Source: Botryllus schlosseri
Taxonomy: Eukaryota
Reading direction: 5' to 3'
Length of the DNA stretch: 64,000 nucleotides
NCBI GenBank assembly: GCA_051294905.1
Contig: CM119378.1
Span: 5,952,001 to 6,016,000, forward strand
This document shows positions 20,897-35,568 of the stretch, one piece after another. Position 1 is the stretch's first letter. Each line of letters opens with the position of its first letter. Under the pieces are notes generated by a model. It was not told the origin of the DNA. It saw only the letters and a program-made list of their open reading frames with translations, and did no database searches. The position numbers were made by a program, and so were the translations under genes.

Positions 20897-23800
20897 CTAA
20901 ATCACCGAGAACCGATTCGAATCGAACGTCATTCGACTTATGCCCATTAGCTTCAAACGAGATGTTCTCCTCCGAACCACTGCTGTTGGTTTCATCAACG
21001 AACTTGGCAGATCACATGCTGAAAAATAACAATACCGTCGTTCTTCAGTTGCGATAATTTGAATCGATATTTCGTACATCTGAGCTGCTCGGCAATATCG
21101 TCTTCCTTCTCAAGTTCCCAAGAATAATCATCGATCATGGTGGCATGTTGGTCGCATGTTGTGACCGCTTTGGCCTGAAGAACCTCCTGCCGTCGTTCCA
21201 GTAAACTGCGAGCTATTGCGTTATCTTGTATTCTCATATCGAGCTGAAATTAAATCACGGAACATTCCTTGTTATGTTGTGATTGGAAGAGGGGATGTTC
21301 TGTCATTTGTTATGTTCTGCTATTCACTTGGATATATTTTGAATTGAACTTACTAGGTCCAACAATATTATTTAACCACGGTTAGCCGTTTAATTTTACT
21401 TCATCAATTGCAGGAAACCTATTATTAAAGATGGCTTCAAGATATTATGAAAAATAGTACAAAAGTATAGTGGCCACATAATTTTGACATGAGATTTCGC
21501 CTTTATCGTTTCACTCTTCATACACGGATGCAACTATTCGGGATTCAGTAAATACGCTGGAAATTTGAGTGTTGAATATGTAATATCAAACCCGAAATCG
21601 ATACCAACTTATTTCGCGTCGCAGTTGAATAACAAAAACATGTCGAAAATGAAGTATAGCTTCATGTGCTGTGATTGCGCACAAGCAAAGCAAGTTAGAC
21701 AGTCCGCCCGCGGAAATCTATCACAAATGCAAATGGCCACCAACATTTCTATATACAGGGTTACGGGGTACATATTTATATAACTGTAACGGGTATATGC
21801 CGAATGTCTATATAGTCTGTAGAGTTGATCCTAACGGTGAACCGCACTGCAAGATCGGGACGTGTTAACGCTTTCAAAAATCACCTATTTGTGCGTGGAT
21901 GGTGTTCTAAAAATAATACATACAGTCATTGCATACGACTTGGACATGTTTATTACGCTGTTTCCGAGATAACTGATGTATCTATAGTCGTTTCAAGCAT
22001 GACGAACGTTGTGTGTATCCTAGAAACATGTCAGCCTACTGAAAATAACTGCGTTTGGCTATTTCTGTGTCACCTTACACAGCAGATTGCTCAAGACTCA
22101 ATATCGTCATATCAACAGTGATGCCCCGTTCCTCATGACCTTCGTAGTGCAGACATAAAGCGATGTAATCACTATTTTGCTGTCTGCTTTGGTTACAGTC
22201 GAAAGATGTTTATATTACGACAGGAACCTGTCGTGCATATGTTGCTATGATACGGTTATAATGCAGATCGTGCACCATCAAAAACGTCTATAATCACAAA
22301 TAAGCTAATTGCCGCATAGTGGCATAATGAGATAGTACTTTGAGAGGCGCCTGGAAAGCTCAGCATCCCGCGTACTTTCGAGACAAGTCGCAACAAACAT
22401 GCCATCACTTGATAATTAACCCTGTCAGGTACCTCCCTGTTTCATGTCATCAGGTGCGAACTTCATGCTTGTGTAATTATTGATAAAGGTAACACACTAG
22501 TCACCGCCGATGAATGAAGTATGCTATTGTTTGAACCTAATCTGTTGACATTAAGCACGCGTTCAAGATGCGTTCAAGACGTTATCGCTGTCCATCAATT
22601 TGAAATGAATGTCATCCGCAGATCGGATTGGAAATGAGATTACGTCGTCTTGTCACCATGTTTGTTATTCTCTCAGTGGTTAATTCAATCAGTAGATGCT
22701 ATCAATTATTATACCCGTCCGCTGCATGACTGAGTAAATAAAATAATGAGTCAATTTCAATTTCGAACTGTCGCTATTTTAGCAGAATTGATTTATGTAC
22801 GAGCCTGAACTCTTCTTGATGAGATTTTTGCGTTGTAGAACTATATACGCGATGTCTCATCCATATGCTGCCTATAGGTATTATACTAATAATATCCATG
22901 GCTTGTACGCTTGGGACCTTTTGGATGGAAATTTCGTTGTCGCTTATGTAATATCGTAGCATCCAAGTTAATCCCTGGGATGATAAGTCGTGATGTATAG
23001 TTTCTGTGCTATCTTTAGATAAGTGACCTTTTAATTAGGTCATGTCTTCTGAGTCGTACAATATTATTAATAATATCTTAATTCAGTGACTTTTAAACGG
23101 TGATTTATGGCTAAATTTTCAAGCTTGGGGATATATTATTCTCACCAAGTCTCGGCGAAGTTGCTGCAATGCTAGTTCCACCAGTCGATGTCTGTGTGAA
23201 ACTGATGACGTGTCGACGTGCCCCCCGTCCGCGTCTGGACAATCTTTCTTAATCTCTGCGTAATTCTTGATGCAATCGACACATTCTTCCACAGTTGTTT
23301 TACGGAAGTATGTCTCTCGGACACTTTCTCTTGTTTTAGGTGAGGTATTATCGACGTCACAGGCGTTAGTTGTTGATTCAGCGGTAATCTCTGTAGTGTC
23401 ATTTTCGCTTCCTATGCCGACAGGAATTTCTTTTACGATACTTGTCCGCCCAACGCCGTGTATTTCGGCAATGGTGGTCGATATTCCCGATGGTATTTCA
23501 TGTCCTGCATCGCTTATGCTTGGAACGTTGTTTTCAAGATCAACTGCCCTACACAGTGAAAGTCAAACGAGCCATAAAAGTGTGTAAGTGTAACAGATAT
23601 CATGTCGTGACATTCGAAAGTATAGCTGTTTATGAACACATAAATATTGAAAATATATATCCAGATGTAAAATGGATTCGGTGGCATTCGTACATGTTTG
23701 GCTTATGTACGCTATAATAATCCTATCCCTGCAAGAATTTGTGTTTGAGCTATTGTCGGAAACTGGGAGTATGCTATTGTCTGACATTCTGTTTACGTCT

Positions 23801-25019
23801 CATTCAGATTTCAACTCGCGTATGACCAATGACCTTACGAATGGAATACTACCAATGAGCATGCAATAACCTTCATTTTCAAATTCGATTTTGCGGAAGT
23901 TGGGTCCCGTTTTTTAAGCAATTTTATACTATCAGGGCCATGTGCTTAGTTACTTTTATGTGCTGCAAAAAGACTTAATGTGAAGGATATTGTTATTAAT
24001 AAAACCTTGGAGAGGCACTTATCACCTGTTAAGGTATTGTGTGCCACCAACTACAGCGCAAACTGATGCAGAAAAAGAACATAAAGATGAATCCACTTCT
24101 AGCTAGAGAGAACAAATTCAGCTACGTCGGACGATAGGCGGGGTAAGATAACATATCAAACAGTGTAAAATGAAGGTTGAACCTAGTACATGATGAAACT
24201 GATATTACGGATAGACGACAATGAAATGATGCACAGTCTCGGGAACGTGGCAATATTCACCAAGGGAGGAAGATAACACGACTAATTTTGAATATATGAC
24301 TCTTCAGCTTGCAGTGTCCACTGAGGAGCCGTAATGTGTAGGGTAATATTCAGGTTTTGAAAACAGAGGCACGGGGACTTTCAGAAAATGCACATTAAAC
24401 ATGTATTATGGCACAGAGATTTCGCATTCGCCGTCCCCGCGGACATGGAAGCGCTGTGTTTGCAACGTCTATTACTGTCCGTTTATGACATATTTTTTGC
24501 CACTAGATTTTTCTCTGACTAGACTGCTTCCTTGCCCACGCCACTACATGTTCAGACGCGTACTTAATCGAACGTTTGTCCACAGCTTACAGCACAGCAC
24601 ACGCGATTCTATGAATTTCAAAGGATTTCATTCCGGTCTCCATTTCTCCTAAAACGTCAGTAATATGCGATATCAATTTCCCGGTGACACGTCATGCTGC
24701 CAAAGCAAGGCGATGCTCGATCCGATAACAGCCGCGTTATATAAGCAGAATGTGCAGTTGTTTAAGAATCTGGATATAATTATATGCTGCTGTGGAACTC
24801 GTGGGTATTTATGATGAGCAGATAAATTTATGTGCTTCCCAAAGTTTTATATACTTACGGATATATCCCTTCGGATTGAAGTTTTTCCAAACCCCTTTTC
24901 CACACTATCACGGATTCTCGTTTCGAAGGCAATCGCAGTCTTTCCGATAATTCTTTCAGACGCCTCAAATCCGGGATGGCCACTTCATCTATTTCCGTTT
25001 TTTGCGCTTCGACTTTCAT
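20897..25019 (-). CDS. FAM167A: FAM167A-like protein (DUF3259), about 283 aa, 4 coding exons
   Basis: Exons 24859-25019, 23146-23548, 21078-21243, 20897-21018 (852 nt, phase-consistent). N-terminal DLRRLKELSERLRLPSKRESVIVWKRGLE resembles FAM167A [25 protein letters not shown]. C-terminal LALQQLRRDLLDMRIQDNAIARSLL..TCDQHATMIDDYSWELEKED..LKLMGISRMTFDSNRFSVI resembles ALxWLRKELxEMRxQDxQLARQL..TCxLHxxMLNDATYELEE..LKLIGVTKMNINSRRFSLC (compared from memory). Confidence 0.9.
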
Positions 25020-26508
25020 TGCGCTTTTAATTAGACGATGATGGGGCAAAATCAGAGCGTTTAAACTGCGAAATAACACGGACGTGATATATAATTTTAG
25101 ATTGGGTGCAGCGAGATATGTCTAAGATTTGTTCTACTACAAATTGGAAAATACTAGGTTACGTAATTCTACCTTGTAGTCGACTTTTGGCTTTGTGTCA
25201 AGCACTCCATTTCAGTTATTACCATCATATCACGCATATGATATGATGATAGGTCATTTGATCCTTGAGTTGCGTGGGCGCCATAAAACTGTATCTCGCC
25301 GCAGTTCAAACACGATATAGTAATGTCAATATAATATTTCATGTTTCATCAATTACAGAAAGAATATGTACATGTCACGTCTACAAATCTGTGTAATGTT
25401 GTTTTCTGTGACTACGTCTGCGCATTCGTCCACGCATTTAATGCACAGTCAACTGTACTGACTTTGTAATCAGCATGCATAGCAACTGCTGATATAATCA
25501 TGAAGGCCCAAGACCTGGTTTCTGATGTATAGTGTCGCTTCCTCGATAACTATTATTTCGCAGTTAGTGCAACCGCTCCAGTAACATCAATATACGTTTT
25601 ATGTACAATAAATGTCCATGTCCCCTGTCCACTGATCTGAAAATGTCGAAACACTGACAACATTGTACATTGTACCCTTGCATTTAAACCCAACTAAACT
25701 ATATACCACAACAGTGTGACGGAGTATATACAAATGCTGTCTGTGAGATGACTCTTCACAGTATATCGACATGAATTCATTGAACATTCTATGATACTTT
25801 GGTTACATCGCTAACTTCCTATGATCGGAAATGCTCTTACTCATAGCATATTCCACGATAGAATTTGCATCTTCTTCCATATAGCAAACAAACATACTAC
25901 ATTTATTCCCAACTATAATGCTGTCATAGTACGAAGTCTTGTCAGTAGTTTGCAGCCACTAACTGCTGGCACATATATTCTATGAAACGTCTAATTCTAA
26001 TGGAAATACAAGTCAGCATCCTCTATACTCTGTTATTAAGATAGTGCTGACGTGTGGAGAAGTTCACATCGAGCTTGGTAGCTGAATTAACTGGATATTG
26101 AAGGGATGATGATAGAGCGTGGGCCTTTCTCGACGAAATCCACTTGACCGGGACAAATAAGCCCAATTTAATTACGTCTGGTCCACCTATAATGACCGAT
26201 TGTCCACCCCAAGTCGTTTATTTCGCTTCACCAGGCTGTGCTGATCTACGGAGAAACGCAATTATAGTTTCAAATGCAACGTTGTGAAGTAAATAACAAT
26301 TCATTGGAGCTGAGGTTCGTACAAATATAACGTGTTGTTACGCCAAACAGTACGTGTGTGCGTGTATGTATTGTATTGAGTTTGTTCCGTATAGTCGATC
26401 TTCTTCTAAATCTACGATGTAACGAATGATGCACCTTGCGCATATTAGCTATCGTATGGCCTGGCCACTGGTCAGTGGTCATAGCCTATAGTTGTTTAGC
26501 GTACAGCT

Positions 26509-27346
26509 CAATGGTGTCAAACATATGGCCCGCGCCCCGCATCCGGCCCGCCAGACGATTTCGTCCGGCCCGCAAAGCAATTCCGAGTATATTGAAAAAT
26601 TCTTATATTATCCAGGACGTTTGTAACAAATGTTGATATTTGCTGCAGGAAATAGTTTGATTAAATATTCCCTCAAGACTGCAAAGCATGTTCTTAGGCA
26701 ACATTATATCGGTGTTGTGCTTTCACTCTCTCTGATTCGAGTAGGCAAAAAGTGCTCACTGAGTTCAGTGTTTTATGGAAATTGGATGAAAAAGTAACTA
26801 TTCACAGAGGTAAAAACGTCGATGCGGAACCGTTATATTAAATTTACATGGAAAATATATTAGTTACACAAATATATATTTCAAATATCTATGATCGCAC
26901 TGCCGCGTCACTTCCCATCAAATATAGGTCCCGGGATGTGGGTCGAGAAACCCGACAAGCGATTCAATAATAATAACCCAAATTCCTACTCCCGCGTATA
27001 CCATTAAATATCTTGTATTCGCCAGATTACGACTACAGCAAAGGGAGCATAGAACTATGGCAACTTCTATCGTCGTTAGCGCCACTCTTTTGTCGGCTCT
27101 TAACTGCATTCAACCGGGCAATCATCGTATTTTTGCCAATATAATAGTTCGCGAATGAAGGTGTTGCGACTTGCTGGAATAGAACCCTTATGATCCGTGT
27201 ATTATTTATATATGCTTGATAATAAAGCATTGCAATGAAAAGCAAGGACACGAGATAACATTTGGGAATCAGTTTACTGATCCGGCCGCGGGCGATTTGA
27301 AGGCTTGAATCCGGCCCGCGACGCAATTTGAGTTTGACACCCCTTG
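26509..27346. mobile_element. hAT (Buster/Charlie-type) MITE
   Basis: TIR CAATGGTGTCAAAC / GTTTGACACCCCTTG; CCGGCCCGC subterminal motifs; TSD GTACAGCT / GTATAGCG (6/8). Confidence 0.75.
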
Positions 27347-27769
27347 GTATAGCGACTGCATCATTGTAATGCTGAAAGCATGGCGAAATTCAACTTCCGT
27401 TGCTTCAGAGGAATACATAAGTACGTATCTCCCTTACAAGAAGCGCTGTACTTGGTATTGTGATTAAATCAACGGAAGAGTGTACGAACCTAAACCATTT
27501 CCGCCTCTGGCAACGTTATAGTGTTGATATTGAAATTGAATATAAAATTCATGATCTTGGAGCAACTGGTCAAGTAGACTATCTATGTTACCGAATCTGG
27601 TCCCTGGCACATTGACTTTGTCATCATTTGATGCGTCACAGAATGAATCCCAGTTTGCGAAGCTGAGATAGATGGTCATGAAACTACTTGTTCTGTTTGG
27701 GTCTACATACATTTGCGAGCAAATATTTCGACCATGAACATTAGGCTAACAAGACAAGGCTGCTTGCCA

Positions 27770-28015
27770 ATATAAGGGTTTCTACATCCGACATGCAGCC
27801 AGAGTTCAAAGAACTTTGACCGACCACAGATGTGTTATTGACCTCAACAGCTATATTGAAGTAGGCCTGCATTAGGTTAATAAATTCATTAAGTACGACT
27901 TATTACGACGACGGAGTAATACGCGATTATAATGTATCGATTCTGTGATCCGTCCCGCCAAATACTTAATTCTGCCATATCAGGCCCGCCGACCGGAGAA
28001 GTTGCCCACCACTGA
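27770..28015. mobile_element. Partial copy of the hAT MITE family at 29764-30215
   Basis: CGACATGCAGCCAGAG..AACTTTGACCGACCACAG matches 29992-30050; right end GTTGCCCACCACTG. Confidence 0.55.
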
Positions 28016-29763
28016 TATAGGTGGTCATGGCTACATGAAAACAAAACATATGTCTTTAAATGCATTTTCATTTGAAACCGAAGTCTCGATGTCGGCGCAA
28101 GAACATATCACGATTCAATTGGCTGCAGAAATATATCGCACTGTCATTCGTCCCGTGTGCTATTAGATATCACGGTATTTTAAGTAGTTCAACGTTATTC
28201 ATTGGCAATGCCAGCTGCGTTTCATAGCTACAGGTTTACGCCTCCGAAAACTATTTTTCATGTCGGCTATTATGTGGCAATAACCCATTTCACTTTCGGT
28301 CTTTATTCCTCGAATGGCGGCGTGTCAGTATACATGCCTAATGATCACAGACGAATAACATCCGCATTGTAAAACCAATGATTTGAAGGAGATTTATGGT
28401 CCGATAGCGCATTAATTCGTAACCTCTACCAGCCCGTGGAACATTTACACTAATCTGCAAGCCACGGAATCCCAAATTTCCGCTGACTCATGAAAACAAT
28501 AAATCTACAACAATATGCAACTAACTACACATCCGATACATTACTATAGATTACTGGTGCACAAATGAACTGTGCAGCAACACCGTGGTAAAAGAACATA
28601 ACCATTAAAATATATTTTTCACCCAAACGTAAACATTATAATGAATATTTCTTGCCAATCTGGGAGACTTCAGCTGTTCGCTCTCGGAGAGCAGTTCAGA
28701 AAGGCGAGCCTTCACCTTTGAAAGTGTCATCGCATTGTTCGGTCGAAACGCAACAGCGTGATACCAATTGCTTGTTTACAAGTGAGCTTATAAATATTGG
28801 AGATATTATTTGCGTTGAGGCAGACGACACTTTTATACAAATACACGTTGGACCATGTCCGACTTTACTTACGAGGCTCATACCCTCTCAACCATGTATT
28901 CCCGCATTGGTTTTATAAAGATGTGAAAAGGTGAACCAATGATAATGATTTACAACAGGGAACTCTAGTATATCGCACCGATGTGACGGAAGAGGCATAC
29001 CCAGAAATGATTTTGCGTTGATCCATACGCCGTTTGGATCTCGTATATTCGCGTTCGAATCACTAGACCAACAGACGAAAATCGAGATGCGGGACGAAAT
29101 AAAAAATAAGCGTATCTAGTGCTTGAATTTTGCGACAATATTTTTGTGTTTGACAGAGGGCAAGGGCCACTTCAACCTATCGGCTGATTTTGCCGGGACG
29201 AAGGTATTGCTTGATTTCCCCTAAAACAGGTATGAAAGTGACTCGTAGTCAAACCCGCCTAGGAGCAGATTCGAACCACCAGAGACTGATACTTTACTTC
29301 TAATCCAATTTGTGAAATATTTCTATGCTATATCATCTTAGGGTAGGCATTATCATGTGCATGAGAATTAACTCTGGTTGTAAGTAATCTGCTGTATTTT
29401 TCCCATACGGAACTTATTGCGATTTAAAAGTTATTGCGCATTCCGTAATTAAAAAAAAAATTCTGGTTTTCCAAATGTGCCTGTGAGCATTTGCGACACG
29501 GCAGCCTCATTCCGACTAAAAAATCTTTTTTGTGTGATAGATTGGTAACTTCTGTAATCGGTAATTGTGCCACACGGTGTATAGGCCACGAAACGATTTC
29601 TATGGTTATCCCTAACACACTTTTCATCGTTATTCGCCACATGATCATCACGTGAGGCATTTTGCACACGGCGCAATCGATATCTTTTTGGCGGGCAGCA
29701 AAAACGGGCGTATGCATTCAAGTGTCATTCTAGCTAGACACAGTTCCTTCATACGATTTATGT

Positions 29764-30215
29764 CAGGGACGGGCAACATGCGACCCGCGGGCCGGATACG
29801 GCCGCGACATGATTTTGACCTGCCCGCAGAGAGTTTCTTACTATGCATTATAATATAGCCAGCGGCCACAGTCTTCCGCAATCCGCCACTACTTGCTTAA
29901 TACGTCATATAATAGTGACTATGGGTTATTCTTTAGCGTGTGTGTGAGTAGAGTGGGAGAGTGAAGCTTCAGTTCTTTGTTTTCTTGTGTGCGACATGCA
30001 GCCAGATCCCAAAGAACCTTTTCCACAACTTTGATCGACCACAGTTTTTCATTGACTTCAACAGCAATTGAAATACATTACATATGGAATACTGTTTGGT
30101 TTCTATGCTTCAGACTTTAATTTGACCTTATATACAATTAATCCTTGTATAGGTGGATATACTCGTAATGTATCGATTCAGGCATCCGGCCCGCAAAGTA
30201 CTTCAAAGTACCCTG
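29764..30215. mobile_element. hAT (Buster/Charlie-type) MITE
   Basis: Ends CAGGG..CCCTG, GGCCCGC/GCGGGCC subterminal motifs, perfect TSD ATTTATGT (29756-29763; 30216-30223). Confidence 0.85.
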
Positions 30216-33200
30216 ATTTATGTGAAACATTTTGAATTACGTGCGAGAATTGCCAACATCAGAATGGAGTCATATCCGCGAGAACGTTGTGATTTTGAAT
30301 CAGTTCACTTCAACATTTCCACCGCAAAGGCTGCGACACTATGCAAATATAGGAAGGGGTCAGAAAGTATTGGCAAGGACCAACAATCAAACACCAACCA
30401 TCATATCCGATAGAAAGCAATAATGATTTGCAGAACGCCTTGAAATGAGACCACAATCACTCTTAATGGAAATTCGGAACGATAGCGTAGGTCAATTTAA
30501 ATCAAAAAATTGAAAAGGCATGTTTCAACATGAGTTATAGGCAAGACCTACCGTATTTTCAGCTCTCAAAGAGAGGATAGAATTGTTGTCGGCAAGAAAT
30601 AAAACGAAAGTAAAATTGTTACATTTGAGTTTGAAGATGTTTTAGATATCCTTGGTAGTTGCAGACAAACGTTTCAAAAGAAAAGGGAAAGTCACAACTC
30701 ACGGTCACGTCGCCAAGATCAAAAAATCAAATTCACTTTTCAGATTCGCCCCATGAATAGTTTACAGTTAACTTAACTTTTGCCAACGGTGAATGATCAT
30801 TGTGAACGAGATCGTAAAATTGTTTACACGAAATGCCATTAAAATTATATATAGGCCTATACACAACCGCCAAGATTCTCGAAACTGATCCAAGTCACTT
30901 TCTTTGTAATATTGTGACTGCATCAAAGAGAAATTACGTCAAAATATCGCGACAAACCCTCGCATGTGAAAATGCCCAGATGTTACAGAGAGCCCTTTTT
31001 ATGCCAGCAATTCAGCATGTTCCATGGCTATAGTATTTTTTGGAAATATATGCAACATCTAGCCGAGAAGTATTCTCAAAAGTGTAAGCAACTAACTAGA
31101 AATGCGAGAAGGAGAAAATTTGGTCATTTTTTGAGCGTCCTCCGAGGACCATTCACTTTTGCTCAGAAAGGGGGACAAATCACCCTAAAAGAGGACGTTT
31201 GGTAGACCAATCCAAAACTCTATTCAACAATCATAGGTTAGGGTAGTATTGGTTTCAATCGAAACACATAGGCACAAATATATTTTGCGATGTGGTACAT
31301 TTTTGTCACGTTTTTCAAGTACAATTTACGTTGTAAATATAATCTTCCCCTTATCTATTTTCGCTTGTTACAGTCTTTTGTTATTGCATTGTTGACACAA
31401 AATAAAACTGTTTTCCTCCGTCGTATCTATATTCTATATTCGTTCAGACGTCCACATGCGACAGTGCGTACTATAATAAGAATGTTTAAGACTGGCGAAA
31501 ACAGGTATGGTGAATGTACCTTCATTAATTGACGTCTAAATGCGCTAATGGTCCAACACATATAGTTCTTGGATTGATCGCATACAAATCATTATACGCG
31601 TTACAAAGTTCATACTCAGTCACCCAGAATACAAATGAGGTATCGTTTTTCACAGCAGTTGAATGGACATACGATTTTAAAGCTTTTCATTTGTGTGATA
31701 TTTCTGGGTAACTCACGCCGAATCCGTCGATTTTCTATTTTAATTTCATTTTCTGTAGCGCATTTCAAGATTTTACTTACATATATTCTCAAAAATGAGA
31801 TACTAAGAGAAACAACAAGAGGTATTACTGATGCTGCGGCAATGCCGTTAAATGGCGGATCATCTGTTGTTAATGGCCAGTACGACACGAGAACACGCAA
31901 TTTTCGAGTATACAATTTCTCTAAAATGGTTATTCGACACCCGATGTTCAACAATATTTTGACTTAGAGTCAAGTTTGTAGTCCAGTTTATCTTAAGCAA
32001 CAAGCAAACATTTTCAGATCTAAGTCTGCACAACAAAGTATACACAAGGTATAGAAACTGAACCCGGACAATATGTAAAAACGTTAACCACTCGTGACTT
32101 ATCAAACAGAGCCGGCAACATAACAATTTTGATACGTAAAAAATATTATCTCCAGAGTACACACATTATTCATAACATGAAATCGCTATCTGTCTGTGTA
32201 ATTCGTGAGCGCCTATTTTGTAACGGAATCAAAGTCCACTACCGGTAGCTGTTATTAATTACCATTACGGTATTAATCAACTTCAAACAGCATGATTTAG
32301 CTAATATGACCATTGCAACACAAGATTAATACAAATGTCATTTAATAGGTTACGCAACAATCGGTCTCGAATCACGTGGCGGATAGATAACTATTGTACA
32401 ATGTGCTGTACATATTAGGTTTGAAAATATGCACCTTCCCGACATTGGATTGTGGCCATACATACACGGCATCCTAATATGATCAAATTGGACAGGAATT
32501 AACATCCACCTTGTGATATCACGTTTCGATTACCCAATCGATAGTCTAGTATCCACGTTGCTGTATCAAGTACTCGCAATCATATGTTAAAATACATTGA
32601 TTATCACGTGTGCTTGTAATTTTGAGATCTATCCATTTCGAATTAGAAACAAAGCACCTTGTGATTCTTGTGATTAGGTTTGGTGAGATTTTCGCAAGCA
32701 CCCTAAAATATTTGTAATTAGCATTCTTTAGTCTAAGAAAGTTTCTTTGATTCATTTTTTTTTCAGCTACAGAGTGACCAACGATGACTTCATGCTTTAT
32801 GGCAACTCACCATTGGTGACAATACCATGAGATCAGTCACGCCGATGTTTGTGTTTCGTAGCTTTAACCGCGACCGACATGCGAAAATCGTGATAAGTTC
32901 AAGCGCTTACGTAAGGTGATTGCGGCTGGCTAATCGACATCGCACCGCGTCCTAACTCTGAGCCTACACCTCATACAATGACTCTTTGACTAGGCAGCGA
33001 AACTTTTGTGAGGTTAATTTATCTGCTACGCCTTCACTGACACAATTACTTCAGTATGAATTGCTTCTGCTTCTGCATGAAATGCTTCTGTCTACGATGC
33101 TTCCGTTTGTGATACCTGTAATTAAGCTTGTCATGCCTAGTAGATTAGGCGATCCTTGAACCTGTTGTAGACCGTTAAACCGGTGGCAGTGTCATACCCA

Positions 33201-33642
33201 TGGGACCATCAGACACGATGATGTGCAGGTGATAACGGTACTTATATTAATAGACCTATGTAGTGGGTATTCCATTACTATCAACGTATCACCGATATTA
33301 GATATTCAAATATAAGTAATGTATATTATGGCGGTGCGTAGCATGTCACGCACATATAATATTACAATTAGATTCCTTCCTCTCATCAAAATATATTTTC
33401 ACGATGGTAAGACGGAATATGGCACTATATAGCCACGGGACCTTCACGGTTTCGCCTTCACCTCCCTTATCTGAAGGTGACACCTAAAATGCTAAGATCT
33501 TATAGGTGTAGTGGTTGTTTAATGTTTAGTTATCGCGCGAACGACACACGTATTGAATTACACCGAGTCGCGTGATTTCAGAACGGCCTGTAATCAAGTT
33601 CTGCAGGTACACAGTGCAATGTTTTGTAGGATAAATTATATA

Positions 33643-34375
33643 GAGTCGGCCCCGCTTAATTCGGACTCCGGATAACCCGGAGACAACCGCTTTATTTGGC
33701 CAAAATGCCCAGGAACGTAAAGAAAGTAAAAAAAAAATTGCACGTTAAAACTCTGGTTAATTTGGATAATTCTCTTACTTCGGACCCAGACTCACAATTA
33801 CTATCGTTAGGTTATGGCACAATAAACAGTCCGTCGTACCTTTGAACACAAGGTGAGTGATTATATCGAAACAATGATGTTCAATGCAGTAATAACCGAC
33901 TATTAATTCATACAAGGTCGTGGCAGCTTCACAGCCGCTTTTTATTGGATACAATTTCGTGTATCTTGTAAAACAGATTGGAACTGAAAAGTTTAGCAGA
34001 AAAAGTGGAATTGCTCACCAATGTAAACGAAGATGAAAGTAACTACGCTTCCTTGGCATTTCGACAGTTAGTTGCGTCGGTGGGATATCTAAAAGTACTA
34101 TTTGAACCTAACGTGCGTTACACAGTAATACAGACAGTATTTGTTGAATGGTTTGGCACACTGTACCATATAACTAACCTGAAGGTATTACTAATGTGTG
34201 TTTTATGCGATTTGTACCATGCAGTATAGCGCAGCTGCAATTAATTTATAACGCAACAGAACCGTATTTTGAGCGCATTGTGTGCCCATGCCCACGACCG
34301 TGCAGCGAGCAATTGATCGTCGGCTTAACTCGGACAAAAGTGAGCCAAACTGTGTGAATTAAGGGGAGTCGAAAA
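33643..34375 (+). mobile_element. pogo/Tigger-like non-autonomous element with possible transposase C-terminal remnant
   Basis: Imperfect TIR GAGTCGGCCCCGCTTAATTC / GAATTAAGGGGAGTCGA with TA-rich flanks; internal ORF 33978-34229 contains QTVFVEWF, a PIP-box-like motif. Confidence 0.5.
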
Positions 34376-35568
34376 TTATATATTCATAATTATATGTGCA
34401 AGTTAGCCGCCGTATCAGCAAATATTACTTCGTTGTTGTTTTATTTCTATTTTGATGGTGGCAAACTGCTTCTAAATTATTGTATACAAATCGGTTTGGA
34501 AAGTCTCTTTTTTTTCTCAAGTTTTTTTGTACGTAAAAAATGTTCTTCTGCTCATTGTCCACTGACGCACATTGCAAACGAATAGTTTCTCTCCCAACAT
34601 ATAGAAGAGGTCTGTTGGTGTAATGGTCATGTTTATGGTATCGTAAATACGTTTCAGATGTCCACGAGTATCAGGTATAAGCGTTGTAAACCGGAACTGC
34701 TTTCGCATCCTCCCATCCTTAAGTCGTATTTATTCAGATATATCTGAAAGAAGTCTAATATTGTATCAATGACGTGAAGCATGTTCAAATTATAGTGAAA
34801 ACAGAAAGTTCCCGATACATTTAATTCTTATTTCAATGCATAAATTGTCTATACTCTATAATATGAATGGACTGGACAATAACTGAACACGAAACCAGTA
34901 TGCCTACGTGCGTTTTAGCTATGATGTAGCTGGTAATCAAAATATTTCTATTTAATTAAACACACAGAGATCACATCCTCATCACTCTTCTGCGATTTGG
35001 CTATTACATCTCGCTATACGATGGTTGCGTCACATGTTTTAAAACTTTCCGCTGGCGACTGTATAGCATATGCTCGTATCGATGCGCGTTGTTCAACGGA
35101 TATAGAACTGTCAGACCACCTGCAGTGATAGGGAACTGGGATATTGCCATAGGCAAATAAACAACGTCTGAAAGATGAAATGCCGAGAGACACCAATTCA
35201 TTTATCTGAATAGCGATATGTGCATGTCACTTCTGATTTGTGACGTATCATGGAGTTAGGCCGCTCCGCTGTGATTCACTATTTACCGCGCCTGATGCAG
35301 ATTGTTCGTAAATTTTGACTAGACCGCCATCCCTGTTGATGATGGCGTGTTTTCGCCCACAAATCACGCCTACCTCTCAACACAGTGACGCCCTACATTT
35401 CAAGAGAAATCGTGTGGAATTAATAGGCGGTACAGCCATGCTTAGACGATGATAGGGAAAACGTCGGCACGTATGTTTGTCTTGATTTCGTTCATGTATA
35501 CGATTGCACGGACTGCACGCTCCCGTTATAGTTACATTTGTCATGATGGCGTAGGACATGGACGCAAC

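Noticed and set aside
23711-23787. Alternative first exon (MSDNSILP..) for FAM167
   Set aside because: Weak donor; the exon at 24859-25019 supplies the conserved FAM167 N-terminal motif in the correct phase.
31616-31967. Overlapping 110-112 aa ORFs on both strands
   Set aside because: No recognisable domain and no convincing chain of exons.
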